Position numbers and translations under genes: made by a program. Shown in pieces: positions 15,071 to 32,200 of a stretch of 64,000 bases of DNA; the stretch's first letter is position 1; each line of letters opens with the position of its first letter. The stretch is from the human T2T-CHM13v2.0 reference genome, Homo sapiens. The stretch is from the NCBI RefSeq assembly GCF_009914755.1, contig NC_060937.1. One strand, written 5' to 3'. The notes under the pieces were generated by a model. It was not told the DNA's origin and did not search any database. It was given only the letters and a program-made list of their open reading frames with translations.

Positions 15071-15218
15071 CAAACCACAATACTGTCATCACAATTGTCT
15101 AAGCCTAATAACATAGTTCAAGTACTCCTATATGCTTAAAATCAAAAGTACGTCCCACTTATTTCCTTCCATTTCGGTGAAGCTGATGGTTTAGAAGCAA
15201 GTTATGAAAACACTTAAA

Positions 15219-15252
15219 TGATGATGATGATGATGATGAAGACGATAATGAT
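15219..15252. repeat. (GAT)n trinucleotide repeat
   Basis: Directly visible. Confidence 0.9.
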
Positions 15253-15257
15253 AAATA

Positions 15258-15470
15258 AAAATTATTGAATGCTAATAGTGTGCTAGATGCTCCTCTAAGC
15301 TTTTTATATGCATTAATCAATTGGATCCTAACAACAACCCAATGGACTAGATACTTTTATTGTTCCCATTTTAGAGGTGGATACAATACAAAAAAAATTC
15401 CAGTAACTTGCCCATGATCACTTGGCTAATTATTTGCAACTCAGGTATCTGATCCCACTATCTACATAGT
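15258..15470 (-). mobile_element. MIR
   Basis: tattgaatgctaatagtgtgctagatgc...cccattttagaggtgg...gtaacttgcccatgatcac. Confidence 0.75.
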
Positions 15471-15799
15471 TATTTTCTGATAGCATAGCCAGAGGAAGAA
15501 GAAATAAATAATATTGTATTGATTGCATCATATATGCCTGAAACTTAGCTAGATGTATTTTTCTATGTATCTTACTTCATAGCCAGAAAAGCATGGTACT
15601 CAGGCAAAATACTGCAGTGATTAAGAAGGCAAAATCTGAAGTTCACAGGAAACAGTCAGTATGTATGCATATTATTATTATTATCCTACTTCATGCATTA
15701 AAGACAATATCCTAAAATTCAGAATTAGCTTGCACAAAGCTATGTGCTATAGTCATGATTGGAAAAGAGTCCATGCTGTATACCCATTGTTTTAAAAAA

Positions 15800-16620
15800 T
15801 ATATTTGTGTGTGTGTATTTGAGGTTTATGACATAATGTTATGAGATACATATAGATAGTAAAATAGTTACTATAGTGAAGGAAATTAATGTATCCATCA
15901 TCTCACATAGTCCCTTTTTTTGTGACAAAACTGCTAAAATCCATTAATTTAACAAAAATCCCTAATGCAACACAATTTTATTACCTATAGTTCTCACACT
16001 GTACATTGGATCTCAAGATTTGTTCATCCTGCATGTCTTCTACTTTGTGTCCTTTAATCTGTATACATCTCTCCAATTTCTCCCTCTTCTTGGCCCTGGT
16101 TACTACCGTTTTATCCCCTATCTTTGTATCTTTTTTCAAAAATTTAGATTTTGCATATCAGTGAGATCATCTAATATTTTTCTTTCTGTATCTGACTTAT
16201 TTATCTTAGTGTAATGTTCTCCAGGTCCATCTACATTGTAGCAATTGGCAGAATATCCTTTTTAAGGCTGAATAATATTCCTTTATATACACACACAATA
16301 CAACACATTTTCTTTATCCATTTGTCCATTGACAGACACTTAGGTTGTTTCCATATCTTGGCTGTTGTAAATAATCCTGCAACGAACATAGGAGCACAAA
16401 TGTCTTCAAGAGATGAGGATTTCATCTCCTTTGTGTATATGCCCAGATTATTTTCAATTTATTTAGGAATCTCCATACTGCTTTCAACAATGACTACACC
16501 AATCTACATTCCCACCAGCAGTGTACTAGGGCTCCCTATGCTCCACACCCTTGCTAACATTTGTTATCTTTTGTCCTTTTTTAATAGCCTTCCTAACAGA
16601 TGTGAGGTGATATCTCATAG
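15800..16620 (-). mobile_element. L1MA-type 3' end (ORF2 C-terminus plus 3' UTR)
   Basis: Minus ORF 16231-16425 reads like the ORF2p C-terminus (ICAPMFVAGLFTTAKIWKQPKCLSMDKWIKKM); 3' UTR tatccatcatctcacatag is L1MA-like. Confidence 0.88.
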
Positions 16621-17172
16621 TTATTTACCCATAATTTCTAAGGCTAGAGTTATAGAGCCCAAAATAAAATGAAAATTTGACTTTCTTTTTTTCATTAAAT
16701 GTAGAAAGAGTATTGAAATTTTAATGTTAAAATAGAAATAAAAAGGACATGAGGGAGGACTATATATTCCTTTTTAGAGATGTGAAAATAATTTTCATCA
16801 TATTAGAAATAAATTCTTGATTTCATAGATTAAATTGTGATATATATTCTGGCACAGTGCATGCATCTATAGGAGCTCAAAATATATATCAGATGGATAA
16901 ATAATCAATGAAGTAATGAATCAATTAATGAGTAACTGAATGGATGGATGATGGTAGAATCTTGTAAGTTTAAAGGAATGGGGTCTAATTTACTTCACAG
17001 CCTATCTTGTTATTGTAAAGATGAGAAAACGAGCAGGGAAGTTCTTTCCTTATGCTTTCTAACATTCCTTTGGTAAAGTTTCTTTCCATTCCCAGATCCT
17101 GAGAGTCCATTTTCCAAGAAATAACTAATTTCCAGAAAAGATATCTGAGATTGGGGTTCCAATACTCAAGAT

Positions 17173-17448
17173 CTACGCTGTCCAATAAGTCTTGTAGATA
17201 ACCTAATGGGCCCCAACCCTTCTTTACTGTGTATTCCCTGTGTATCCCTTGGTACCATGCAAATAGCCATGTGCCACATGTGGCTATCTAAATTTATTAA
17301 ATTTGTGTAAAAATAAAAATTTACTTCCTTTTTCACAATAGCAACATTTCTAGTCCTCATTAACCACATGTAGCTATGGCTATTGTATCAGACAATACAT
17401 ACATAGAACATTTCGTTATTGTGGAGAATTATATTGGGTCAGCATTGT
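17173..17448. mobile_element. MER3-like hAT-Charlie MITE, one terminus apparently displaced by about 70 bp of extra sequence
   Basis: Body gccacatgtggcta...ccacatgtagcta...atagaacatttc at about 17262-17448; terminal-like gctgtccaata at 17177-17187. Confidence 0.7.
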
Positions 17449-17968
17449 GCTGCAGCAAGGCACTGCAGGTTCTTAAATAATAAGCGTAGGCCAAGAGACT
17501 TGGATCTGAGAAACAGTTTCTACAGTTGTGCCAAGTGGATACTCTTACTATAGGGTCAATTGGAAAGGCATCAATAAGACAATGAAACCAGGTTAAAATT
17601 TAAATATAAAAAGGTAGAACCTGGAAGGTCCCTGAGATGGAATAACTTCACCAAAAGGTTATGTGATAGTGTGCTCATTAGTTCACTCTAGGATAGAGAT
17701 ACAGAACTCTCCATTCTATTTGTGGAGCGAAAATGATTAGTGTTTTGGGGAATTACAGAGGCTCTACACTCACAACTTGTGAAATCCAGGAAATCTTTTT
17801 GTGGAGTTAATGACTGGGCATTATTATGAAGGATAAGCAGGAGATACTAAAATGAAAACTGGGAGGAGAAAAGAGATAAAGAAAATGGCATTCCATACAG
17901 AGAGGGTAAAAGTACAAAATCTTGAAATTTTCTCAGAACAAGTTCATCCTTTTCAATATGACTAAATA

Positions 17969-18300
17969 AGGGTTGAACATCCCCAGTCGAAAAATTCAAA
18001 ATCCAAAATGCTCCAAAATCCAAAAGTTCTGGGGTGCTAATGTGACTCCACAAACAAAAATTTCACACGTAAGTATTTAACACAACTTTTTAATGCACAA
18101 AATTATTAAAAATATTGTACAAAATTACCTTCAATTGTATATAACATGTATATGAAATTTAAATGAATTTTGTGTTTAGGTTTGGATCCCACCCTTAAAC
18201 TATCTCATTATGCACATGCAAATATTTCAAAATCGGAAAAATCTAAAATCTGAAACACTTCTCGTCCCAAGCATTTCAGAAAAGGGACAGTCTACCTGTA
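17969..18300 (+). mobile_element. Tigger4b/MER46-like TcMar MITE
   Basis: ggttgaacatccc...aaatccaaaatgctccaaaatcc...ctgaaacacttctcgtcccaagcatttcag...acctgta. Confidence 0.85.
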
Positions 18301-18973
18301 GGGTATTGGTGGAGGATTGTTAAGAGTTAGGCTCAAAGAGAGAAGCAGTATTCAGACAAGGGCTTAAGAAAGAAATCAAAGAGGCAACGCAATTGCAAAG
18401 CCCTACATAAACAACTTCATATAGACATTAATATCAGTGATAGATTATTCAATGTACTCTGGAAGAGGAATAGGAGAGTTAGTAGAATTTGATGAGAACT
18501 CTAAAAAGTAACTTTGACTTTGGACAATGGAAAATAAATATCCACATAACTGATGTAAACTAAAAAAAAATTAATGCACACAATAACATTTGTAGCAAAA
18601 AATAATAAGGAAAACAAAGATCAGAGTTAACAAACATATATTCCATTCTATGTATTGTTTCCCCTGCCCAACAAATACATAAACGCAGATTTATTGAAAT
18701 TACACAATCATAAGCCTTGTAGTTACTTTAGAGTCATCAGACCATTACATATTATTGTATAATTGAGCCAAATGTCTAATTAATTCAGCAAAATTATATT
18801 ATCATATAATATAGTAAGATAAACGAGGGAAAATAATACTGCTATATATGTGCTTAGAATTTTTTAAAGAATAACTTTAATCTTCAATTTGCCTTTACTG
18901 TTTTTATTTAGCTGCTTGACTTTTCCGTCATCCTACCCTTCTTTTCTGTGGGTCCCTTGGTATTATAGCAATC

Positions 18974-19465
18974 AAAATTACCACGTGGGGCACATCAGAT
19001 GACCTACAAGAATTATATAAAAGAATGTAGATTATATTTGAGGCTTACTTTTTTCATATTGCATCATGTTGCTTATTTATGATTGAAGAAATAATAATAG
19101 ATTCCCAATTCTTTTTAAAAATAACTTCCATTTTCCTTTTAATTTTTAACAGCTTAAATTAAAATCTTAAGGAAATGGGTAGCCAAATATAATTTTACTA
19201 ACCTAAATGAATAAAGCATTTCCCTATTACTAACATGGGAATTCCTCATCTATTTTGTTAATCTAAGTATGTTTCCCCTCTCTTGATAATGTAAGAACAT
19301 TGTAAATATGTACCATGTTCTCATCCTTGTTATAGCTAAAAAAATATTAATTTGTTTCTAAGAGCTATACTCATATGTCAGTGGATAGATTTAGTACTAC
19401 ATTATAATCGACATTCTTTTACATAATTCTTGTAGGTCATCTGATGAGCCCCACGTGGTAATTTT
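18974..19465. repeat. 63-bp inverted repeat pair (18974-19036 and 19403-19465), 366-bp spacer
   Basis: Reverse complement of the left arm matches the right arm at 60/63 positions without gaps, by manual alignment. Confidence 0.95.
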
Positions 19466-20742
19466 AGTATCCGATGTCTGAAAAACTTCTAGAAGTTTTC
19501 TTTACAATAGGCTAAAAATATGCACATTGTGTTTTATTTTGGCAGGTGTATCAGGCTGACTGTAATAAATTGGCATATTGAAAAATATTCACATACTTTT
19601 AGCAATTGAAGAGTAAAATATATGGTATTCATTTCAAGATAAAGTATAATCAACATGTGTCATTGAGGTAATTTTCTCAAAATGATCTCTTACTAAGTAT
19701 CTTAAAGATAAAAAAACAAAATATTAAACCTGTGTTTCTAATTATTGTGTCCAATCTTGGCAGATCTCAGGGAGGATGGTTGGCAATGTTTTATTGCCAT
19801 ATTTGATATCACAAACAATATTCTTTTTCAAGAAATGAGTCATTTTTAATCTTTTTTTAGGAAGGAATCATCTTTCAATTCTTATTTATTTCTTTATCAG
19901 GAAATATCTTTAATGGGCCTGTGTGTGCAGTCAATTTCTTGTGTAACATTGAAAATGTAGCAATCCAAATGAATCACTTTCATATGTTGCAGGTGCTCTC
20001 TATTAGGAGGAAAGATGCACTTTGATGTTCTTTTAATTAAAGTTTCTATTAAATTAGTTAGCATTCTGCAAAGAAATAATTCAGTTTCCTCTGGTTATCA
20101 ACCCGACAATTCAAGAAAGTTCCAATGGCCAGTTAGCTCTGTGCTTCTGCTATTTTTAATTTAGCAAGCACAAAATGAACTAGAGAATTCTGGCTTATCT
20201 TTTAAATCAAACTTGTCTGCAACACTAAATTACCCTTTATACGGTAGTCTAGAGAACTTGTAAACACTTTCGGTCTCACCACTGGAAATTTCAGAATCCA
20301 GCTAGAGTAAGTTTCTATTTGGTATCCATTTACATTTTGTAAGTAGTTAATCACCTCTTTGAAATAAGAATAAAAAAAGTTGTGTTACCTTATTAAGCTG
20401 TATCTGAGTCCATTAATAATTGTAGAAAATCATAATGAATTAATATTCTAAAATCTAGGACTTGCTTCTGACTTTGTTCTTTACTGGTTACAAGATCTTG
20501 AGTAAATAGCTTCTTTCTTTGGGTTTCACTTTGCTCATTCAGAAATTCAATAAAATTGCAATTTTGGAGTATCTGAGATCCAGGCACTGAGCAGGCATTG
20601 ATCATCATATGATGATGAACAAGATACAGCCTGTGCCCTGTAGTAGTTCAGCCTGATAAAATGATGTCCACTGTCTCACTCTGCAATTATGTGGGTTTAC
20701 AGAAGCATCATTTCTAATAAAAGCAGGCACACAGACACATAA

Positions 20743-23502
<2,760 letters not shown>

Positions 23503-24969
23503 AGATGTATAATAAAAAAAAAAATGAAAGACTGAAATTTGTAAATCTCTTGCATTTCCCTCTTATGAGTTTTGAAATAATTTTGCATATTCAAATTATT
23601 TGAGGGGCATAAATGGTCAATTACATTTGGAGAAAATAATTGCCTTGGGAAGTGAATATGTTTTTGACTGTTTCACCTTGCTTCTAAGGTGTGATGCATT
23701 CTAGATACAATTTTTTTTAGTAATTTTAATTATGAAGATGGATGCTACACTTGCTTTGATAAAATTACTCTGAAATCTACAGTAACAAAAATGCATAACT
23801 GAAGAGATTACTTATCCCACAAAGGAATTAAAAAAACTTTAAAAATGCATTTCCTGGCATTATTTGAAAATACAGAAGAAATTCTAAGATATTCTGGACC
23901 ACATCTGCCCCATTATGCCAAACGCTTCATGGAGAGTCCATTAGAATAATCATTTAACACCTGTATCACTGTCTTCTCATAGTGCAACCTGTAATCAAAG
24001 TGTGAAGCAATCACCACAGAAGTTATAATTTAGATTATGACTTAATAGCACTGGTTCTAAAGGACTAGATTTGAGTATTTGGAATTTCACTAACCACTGA
24101 TTGCAGTAAGTGGGCACAATTGAATCAATATCAAAAAGGCTATCCCTTCCCTTCTGAGGCAGTGGTGATGTCTGAGCTTGACTGAACTGGTTTTTATGTG
24201 TGAAATGCTTTGCAAACTGGTGGTATCTGCTGTAATAAGAACATACTCTTGTGTAGCTTATGTTCTAGACTTTTTCTGATAATCCTTCCTTTATTAGCTG
24301 TTTTTGTCAATGATCAGTTGTACACCCTCAATCAATCTTACCTACATTTTAAAAAACCATTTTAAGCATAGTGGCCAGTATTTTCCAGCTTTTACAAAGT
24401 AAATCACACATAAATTTGTGTTAAATCTAGTAAAGCTATTATGATAAAATTTTCAGTTGAAATAATTACTGGGGAATTCAAATGAAAGTTTCTCTTGGCT
24501 TCACACAAGTTTATATTTTGTAATTTAAAAAATGGAGAATACTAGGAAACCAAGGCCATCAAATTTATTCTTCCAGCCTTTCAACAGTCTTGGCTTACCT
24601 AAGCAACTAAGGGAAGGGAAATAAGGAATAAAGAGTCACAAAGAAAACACACATGATTACTGTAATACAATGTTTTGAGACACGTCAAAATATATGCAAA
24701 CATATTTTTAGGTAATTGAAGGAAGAAAAGCTATTACATTTGCTAATTTTTTTCAAAAAAAATGTTTATTTTTTCTTTATTGAAGAGGCCATCTTCCTGA
24801 ATTTGTTATATTTATCAGTAAAATTGTGCTCTACTCTATGTCATTTCTGAAAGAACCCTAGGGGAGCTTACCCAATCACTACCAATTGGTAGTTAACTTG
24901 TGGGGATTACAAACATAACTATCAAAATCCAATAAGCCTGTTAGAAGGAATTTTTATTAGAATTCCTAC

Positions 24970-25150
24970 ATTGCCACTTGTATGATATTTGGTCTTGTAT
25001 GATATTTGGTTTATTTCATGTTCAGTTATCTTATGTGTAAAGCAGGAAAAATAACATTGTGCGATTTTTATAAGGATTAAGGAACATGTGTGCAATGTTT
25101 AGTGTTGTGGATATAACAGGGTAAGTGCCAAATAAAAGGTAGCTAATACC
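24970..25150 (+). mobile_element. MIR carrying a perfect 17-bp tandem duplication (24977-25010)
   Basis: cttgtatgatatttggt x2, then ttcagttatcttatgtgtaaagcaggaaaaataac (MIR core-like). Confidence 0.55.
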
Positions 25151-25419
25151 TAATATTGTAATTTTTGGGGGGTATATGTATGTATCAAATTGGAGAACTC
25201 TGGGCTTGCTTAGGCTGTTACTTTTTCAATTTATTAATTATTCTCCTTTTTGGCAAACTTTTGAGCATTTAGGCTACTAGTACTGCTGACATACTCAAAT
25301 TATTGCTACTGTGCTGCAGAAATTTTACCCAGGATGAGGAAGTCTGTCCCAAATCTGGCCAAAAATCCATAAAATGTTTTTTTCCTTTAGTCATATGTCC
25401 TAGAAAATTAAAAGTGCTA

Positions 25420-27765
25420 CCTGCACACCTCAGAGATAGTGTGGCTTCATTTCTAGTCCAACACAATAAAATAATTCACACAATTTTTTTTGTTTCCCCA
25501 TAAATAAAAAAGTTATGTTTACACTCTACTATTGTCTATTAAGTGTGCAATAGCATTATCTAAAAACAATGTACATACCTTAATTAAAAATACTTTATTG
25601 CTAAAATATGCTAGTGATCTTCTGAACCTTCACTCAGTCCTAGTCTTTTTGCTGGTGGAGGGTCTTGCCTTTAAATTGAGGCTGCTGACTGATAAGGGTG
25701 GTGAGTGGTGTATATTGGGTTGGCTGTGGCAATTTCATAAACTAAGGCAACAGTGAAGTTTGCTGTATCAATTGACTCTTCCTTTCACAAAAGATATCTC
25801 TGTAGGATGCAATGCTCTTTGATAGCATTTCACCCACAGTAAAGCTTCTTTCAAATTAAGACTCAATTCTTTCAAATCCTGCTGCTGCTTTATGAGCTAA
25901 ATTTATATAATATTCTCCATTCTTTGTTGCCATTTCAACAATGTTCCCAGCATCTTCACCAAGAGTAGACTACATCTCAAAAAAACACTGTCTTTGCCTA
26001 TCCATAAGAAGTAAGTTCTCCTCCATTAAAGTTGTATCATGAGATTGCAGTAATTCAGTCACAACTTCAAGCTCCATCCACTTCTAGCTCTATTAATAGT
26101 TCTCTTGCTATTTCTACCACATCTACAGTTACTTACTTCAATAAAGTCTTGAACCTCTCAAAGTCATCCACAAGAGCTAGAGTAAACTTCTTCCAAATCT
26201 CTGTTAATATGGATATTTTGACCTCTTCTCATGAATTATAGATATTCTTAATGATCAAAATTAGTGAATCCTTTTGAAAAGGTTTTCAACTTACCTTGCC
26301 CAGATTTATCAGAGGAATCACTATCCATGTCAGCTATAGCCTTACAAAATGTAGTTCTTAAATAATAAGACTTGAAATTACTCCTTGATCCATGGGCTGC
26401 AGAATGGATGTTATGTTAGCAGGATGTATCTTTGTACATCTCCATCAGAGGTCTTCAGTGATATGGTGAATCTTCAATGAGCATTAACGTTTTCAACTAA
26501 TATTTTTTTCTGAGAAGTAGGTCCCAACAGCAGGCTTGTAACACTCAGTAAACCATGCTATAAACAGATAGCTGTCATCCTGGTTTTGTTGTTCCATTTA
26601 TAGATTACAGGAAGAGTAGATTTATTATAATTCTTAAGGGTCCTAGAATTTTTGGAATGGTAAGTCAGCATTAGCTTTAATTGAAAGTCACCAGGTGCAT
26701 TAGGGACAACAAGAGAGTCAACCTGTCCCTTGAAGCTTTGAAATATTATCTCTAGCTATCAAGGTCCTAGATGGTATCTTCTTCCAATACAATGCTGTTT
26801 TATCTACATTGAAAAATTTGTTGTTTAGTGTAGCCACCTTCATCAATTATCTTAAGTAGATCTTCTGGACACTATTCTGCAACTTCTATATTAGCACTAG
26901 CTGCCTCACCTTGCACTTTAATGTTATGGTACAAGTTCTTTCCCTAAACCTTATGGACCAACTTCTGCTAGCTTCACATTTTTCTCTCGCAGCTTCCACA
27001 CCTCTCTCAGTCTTCATAAAATTAAAGAGTTAAGGCCTCACTTTGAATTACGCTTTGATTTAAGGGAATATTGTGGCCAGTTTGATCTATCCAGACAATT
27101 AGAGCTTTCTATATCAGCAATAAGGCTGTTTCACTTTCTCATCGTTCTTATATTCACTGGACTAGTACTTTTAATTTCCTTTAAGAACTTTGCATTCACA
27201 ACTTGGCTAACTGATTGGTGCAAGAGTCCTAGCTTTCAGCCTATCTCAGCTTGAGTCATGACTTCCTCAGCAAGCTTAATCTAGTTTTTGATTTAAAATG
27301 AAAGATGTGCAATTCTTCCTTGCACTTGACCACTTAGAGGCCATCATAGGCATATTAATTGGCCTTATTTTAATATTCCTGTGACTCATGGAATAGGGAG
27401 GCCCAAAGAGAGAGAGAGAAAGATGGGAAGCAGCCAGTCGGTGGAACAGTCAGAACACACATAACATTTATTGATTAATTTTGCTGTCTTATAGAGGTGA
27501 GGTTCATGGAGCACCCAAACAATTACAGTAGCAACATCCAAGCTCACCCATCATAGGTTACCATAATAAATATTAATGAAAAAGTTTAAAGTATTATGAG
27601 AATTACCAAAATGGGACACAGAGACTACAAAGTGAGCATATGCTGTTGGAAAAATGGTGCAGACAGGCTTGCTCTACACAGAGTTGCCAGAAATCTTCAA
27701 TTCATAAAAAATTCAGTATCTTTGAAGTGGAATAAAGGGAAGTACAATAAAATGAGGTATGCCTG
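25420..27765 (-). mobile_element. Near full-length Tigger1 DNA transposon, transposase disabled
   Basis: TIR-like ends cctgcacacctc / gaggtatgcctg, TA on both sides (25418-19, 27766-67), about 2.35 kb; no long minus-strand ORF remains. Confidence 0.92.
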
Positions 27766-28962
27766 TAAACTGCTGCAATATACATATTCAGCAATTTTTG
27801 CCCAGTTTCATTCTTCTTTTTTACACTCATAGAGATAGAAAAAGTTGAAAAAAGTTCAGAGTTCTCACTTTGACTTCACTTAGAAAAAACAGTGCTTCTT
27901 CATATTCACCATAAAATATCAGTAAGTAAGCCGGCAGAACTTACTAAAAATATCTTAGGAGCAGAACATTGCTTACTACAAAGATAGTTATTTAATTAAT
28001 CCCCAATAGATATTTCTGTTTTGTCTAAAGTCTCTATAGCCACCATCCAGTGGCTCTTATTCCAAGTGGTCAGCTTCTTTTTTATGCAAAGTCACTTCTG
28101 TATAAAATATAATGCAAATCCAACCTTGGACCACCTTCTATTGTCAGAGGACTTCTCAAAGCTTCTTTGCAACAACATTCATCTTCCACTTCTAGAGAAT
28201 TCAAGCACCAAATAACTACTAAGAAAATAAACTTTTCTTCACATCTTATACTTCCTTAGATATAGTAATAAATATAGGTAATTCACATATGTACAAGAGG
28301 CAGGGTCTATTTTTGACTTTGGAATAAACAGGTAATTATAATGCCACAGTTTTCTAAAACACAAATGCATGACCTACTGTGTTACTATAGCACCGATGAA
28401 GCTATGTGTTACATGATGAAGCAAGAAAATGCTTTTGAACAGATGCTTATGAGTAGGATATCTGTGAGTAATAGAGGGCAAAGTTCAATCAAAATTAAGT
28501 AATCATAGTTAAAATCGAGAATGCCATTGATGGTTGTGGAATGCAATTAAATCACAATAAGTGATTGAGTCATTATAAAGCAATTTATGCTGTTGAGGAG
28601 GGTGTGGGTCAAATTAGAAAAAGATTAAAGGCAGGAGTAATAGTTAAGAAGATTTTAAAATCATATGGGAAATGGATGGTGGTTGTTTTATCTAAGACCT
28701 TGGCAATGAGGATAAGAGCATCACTCCTCAAGGGTGGCACATCTAAAATATCTAGAAGGTTATTTTAATCTACCTTTCCAGGAATTTGGATAGTACTCTC
28801 TGTCCACTCCGACAATCCACCCTACAAAGAGTACATAATTCTGATGACGATCACTTTTATTAGTAACTTTAAGTACTAGTGTAGAAAGGGATAGCAAAAT
28901 TTGAGTGGGACTTAACAGAAATGAAATCTAGGGCAAACTGTAATTATAAATAAAATGTGTGA

Positions 28963-29290
<328 letters not shown>

Positions 29291-32200
29291 AATGTGTGAT
29301 AGGCATTTTCTAATATTGTTATCTTGCCTCAGTTTCTTCACTTGTCCCATAAGAATGAAATTTTAAAAATATTAAATATTATTTTTATTTCCTAGGGAAA
29401 TTATCCACAATTGGCATCAACATTGGTGAAACAAATTTATACCTATAGAATAAAAAAAGCCATGAAGGGGTGAAGGGAAAGTTGTATGTATGCAGCAGCA
29501 AAGAGGAGAGGGCATAAGTCTTCAATATAAAGAAAAAGCTAAGAAAGTAAATAATAGACAGTGGATTTGCTCCCAAGATAAGAGTTGGTAACCCAATATT
29601 GGGTGCCTCAAACTGATTTCTTTGAATACTTTGTTTGAACATTGGGCAATTTTTATTACTGAGTCCCTGGGCTATTATCTACTTTTCCTTTAAGGATGTC
29701 TAAAAGGCAACTCTTTCCTGATTAACATGGAAGATACTTTCTGAATCCATGAATATAGTGGATCATAAATATTGAACTAAAAACAAAGAATACTTACTAA
29801 ATAACTTTTTAGAGATATCGTTTACCCAGTAAGTTAAGTATGCCCCATAGAAAGTTTGTAAGTGACATACGATTTCCTTTAAAGCTTCGGATTCCTTTTT
29901 GTACAAGTGTACAGACAAGAAATATGAACTTCATTTATTAAGAACCTTTCGATTTTATTCCTCCTACTGTGATTTACGGTGAACCAGTACCATAGCTCAG
30001 CTGGGTGGATATATCAAAACAAGAAAAATAAAACTTAAGCACAGATTTAAAACTATAATACCACTGGGATACAAAATAAGAATGAACATCTAAATCTTTA
30101 AAACTGAACAAACAAAAGCTCTAGAATGAAAAGGCAATCAGAGAGAATCACTGTCACCTCCAATTAAAAGTGGAATTAAAATTGTCCCACAATTTTTGCT
30201 TCCAAATGCTTATGATCAATGTGATTTTCTCCTGGGTACATGCCATTTTGGCCCTTATAAAGGTTTATCTACTATTCCTGGCAGTATAGTTTCTATGAAT
30301 TTGTTCTTAGTTAAGTAATGTTTAAAGCTATATTTTTATACTGAATAAGAAAAATCACATACATTTCTCTCACAGAATATTATCATTTCTCTTGACCTTC
30401 TTGATCTAATAAGGCAGTAAGTGACATTGTTTCAAAACTAGCACTATTTTACTGAGTATAAAAAAGTAATATTTCAGTAAGCTTATATTCAAAAGTAATA
30501 AAGTTAGCATAAATTGATTTGTAAAAATGCTTAGAGTTATAGTGTTGGGAAGATTAGAATATATTTTTGCTTGTTTTACTTACAGATAATCATTGAAGAA
30601 AACCAATATGGCACTTCTATATCTAGAGCTCTGGAGGGAGTGAAGGATAGATGGGTTTTTCCTACACATCGCCTGTGCCACTTGAAGCACCAGACATGAG
30701 GGTCTTGAGCATAGTATGTTTAATATTTTAAAGATGACAACTGTGTTTTACAAGTTAAAATGGCAATAATTATTTTTTCCTAGAATGCTGTGAATTCTTG
30801 GCACATAATAGGTGCCTAGTTAATTGTTCCTTCAATTATTCTTTCTTTTTCCAATCCCCTTTACTTACACACAGACACACATGCATACACTCATACACAC
30901 TCATTCAATTAATACTCATTGAGGAAGTTCTTACATTCAAAGTATCAAACTCTTGCACCAAAGAAGAGTTCTCCACTAAGCTATTGTACTACAGATGTTC
31001 TTTAAGTATCAGAGGTACATGGAAGTTCCTGGGAAAACACGTGCTGTTTTGAAGAGGCTCCTAAAATTCTACATTTTTTCAAAACGTTTACAAACAAAAA
31101 ACTAGTAGTTAGTAAAGGACATGAAATTTAACTTACTTAGGAGATTCATTAATTTGTTCGTTTTCTATTTAAAAATTTTTATAACTGTTTTTATATGTTG
31201 GACAACTTTTAGTTGCCTTTGGGATTTGACTGGCTCTGTGTATTATGAGAATTAAACTCAAGATTTCTTCAAGTGATTTGAACATTTGACAATCCAGTTG
31301 GGGAACCAGGTATTAATTAATAATTAATTTGTCGCATTCTTCAGCATATATTTTCTCCCTTCCACTGGCTTGACTTTGACAAAATATGAAGTATGAATGT
31401 TTGTGACATGAAAAAATAGGTCATGAAATGATCCCATAGATTATTTCCCAAAATGATGTTTGATATCAATAGGACCTAAATAAACTTTCAAGAGTTATTA
31501 TTTAAGGATAAGATAAAATAAGTCTTGAAGATAATATGAGAAAAACTTTATTTTTATAATGGATGAAAAAATTCTAGTCTAAATATTATAAAGATATGAC
31601 TATTTATTATTATTAAGAGCAAACAATAAATCACTTTTTATAAAAGTCCCAGGTTCAATAATCAATAATATTACATGCCTGTCTAGTAGGTTAGTTCTAT
31701 ATCTGCAAATAAAAGTGAAGAAAAGATCAAGTAGGTGAAATAATTGGAGAAAAAGTCATATACTCAAAACCTCGATGTCAGATCTTCTGAAACTTTGCCT
31801 TACATTACATGTAATACCATGTGACTATAGAGAAAATAAAGCCACAAAACTGGATTTGTTTCAGTTAATTTATTATAGGTATTTTTAGATGTAATGGTAA
31901 GAGATATTAGAGTCTTACTGAATTAAAATAAAGCTTCCTTTTGTTAAACCATTGATAAATCATTAATCAGGGTTTAAGAAGTGAAAGAAAGCTGGTTTGC
32001 TTGTCCAGTTCTAAATAGTGAAGAAGACAAATGCAAGAGAGTTTATTTAAAATTTAAAACTTTATCAATACCCTTCTTTGATTAGAAGTAATACATATAA
32101 AACCTGAAACTCATGGTCATAGTGGATCACACTTGTGATAGTTATTCCCTAGCCAGGACTTTAGCCATGTTATTTGCATTTAGCCTTTGCTAACAGCTCT

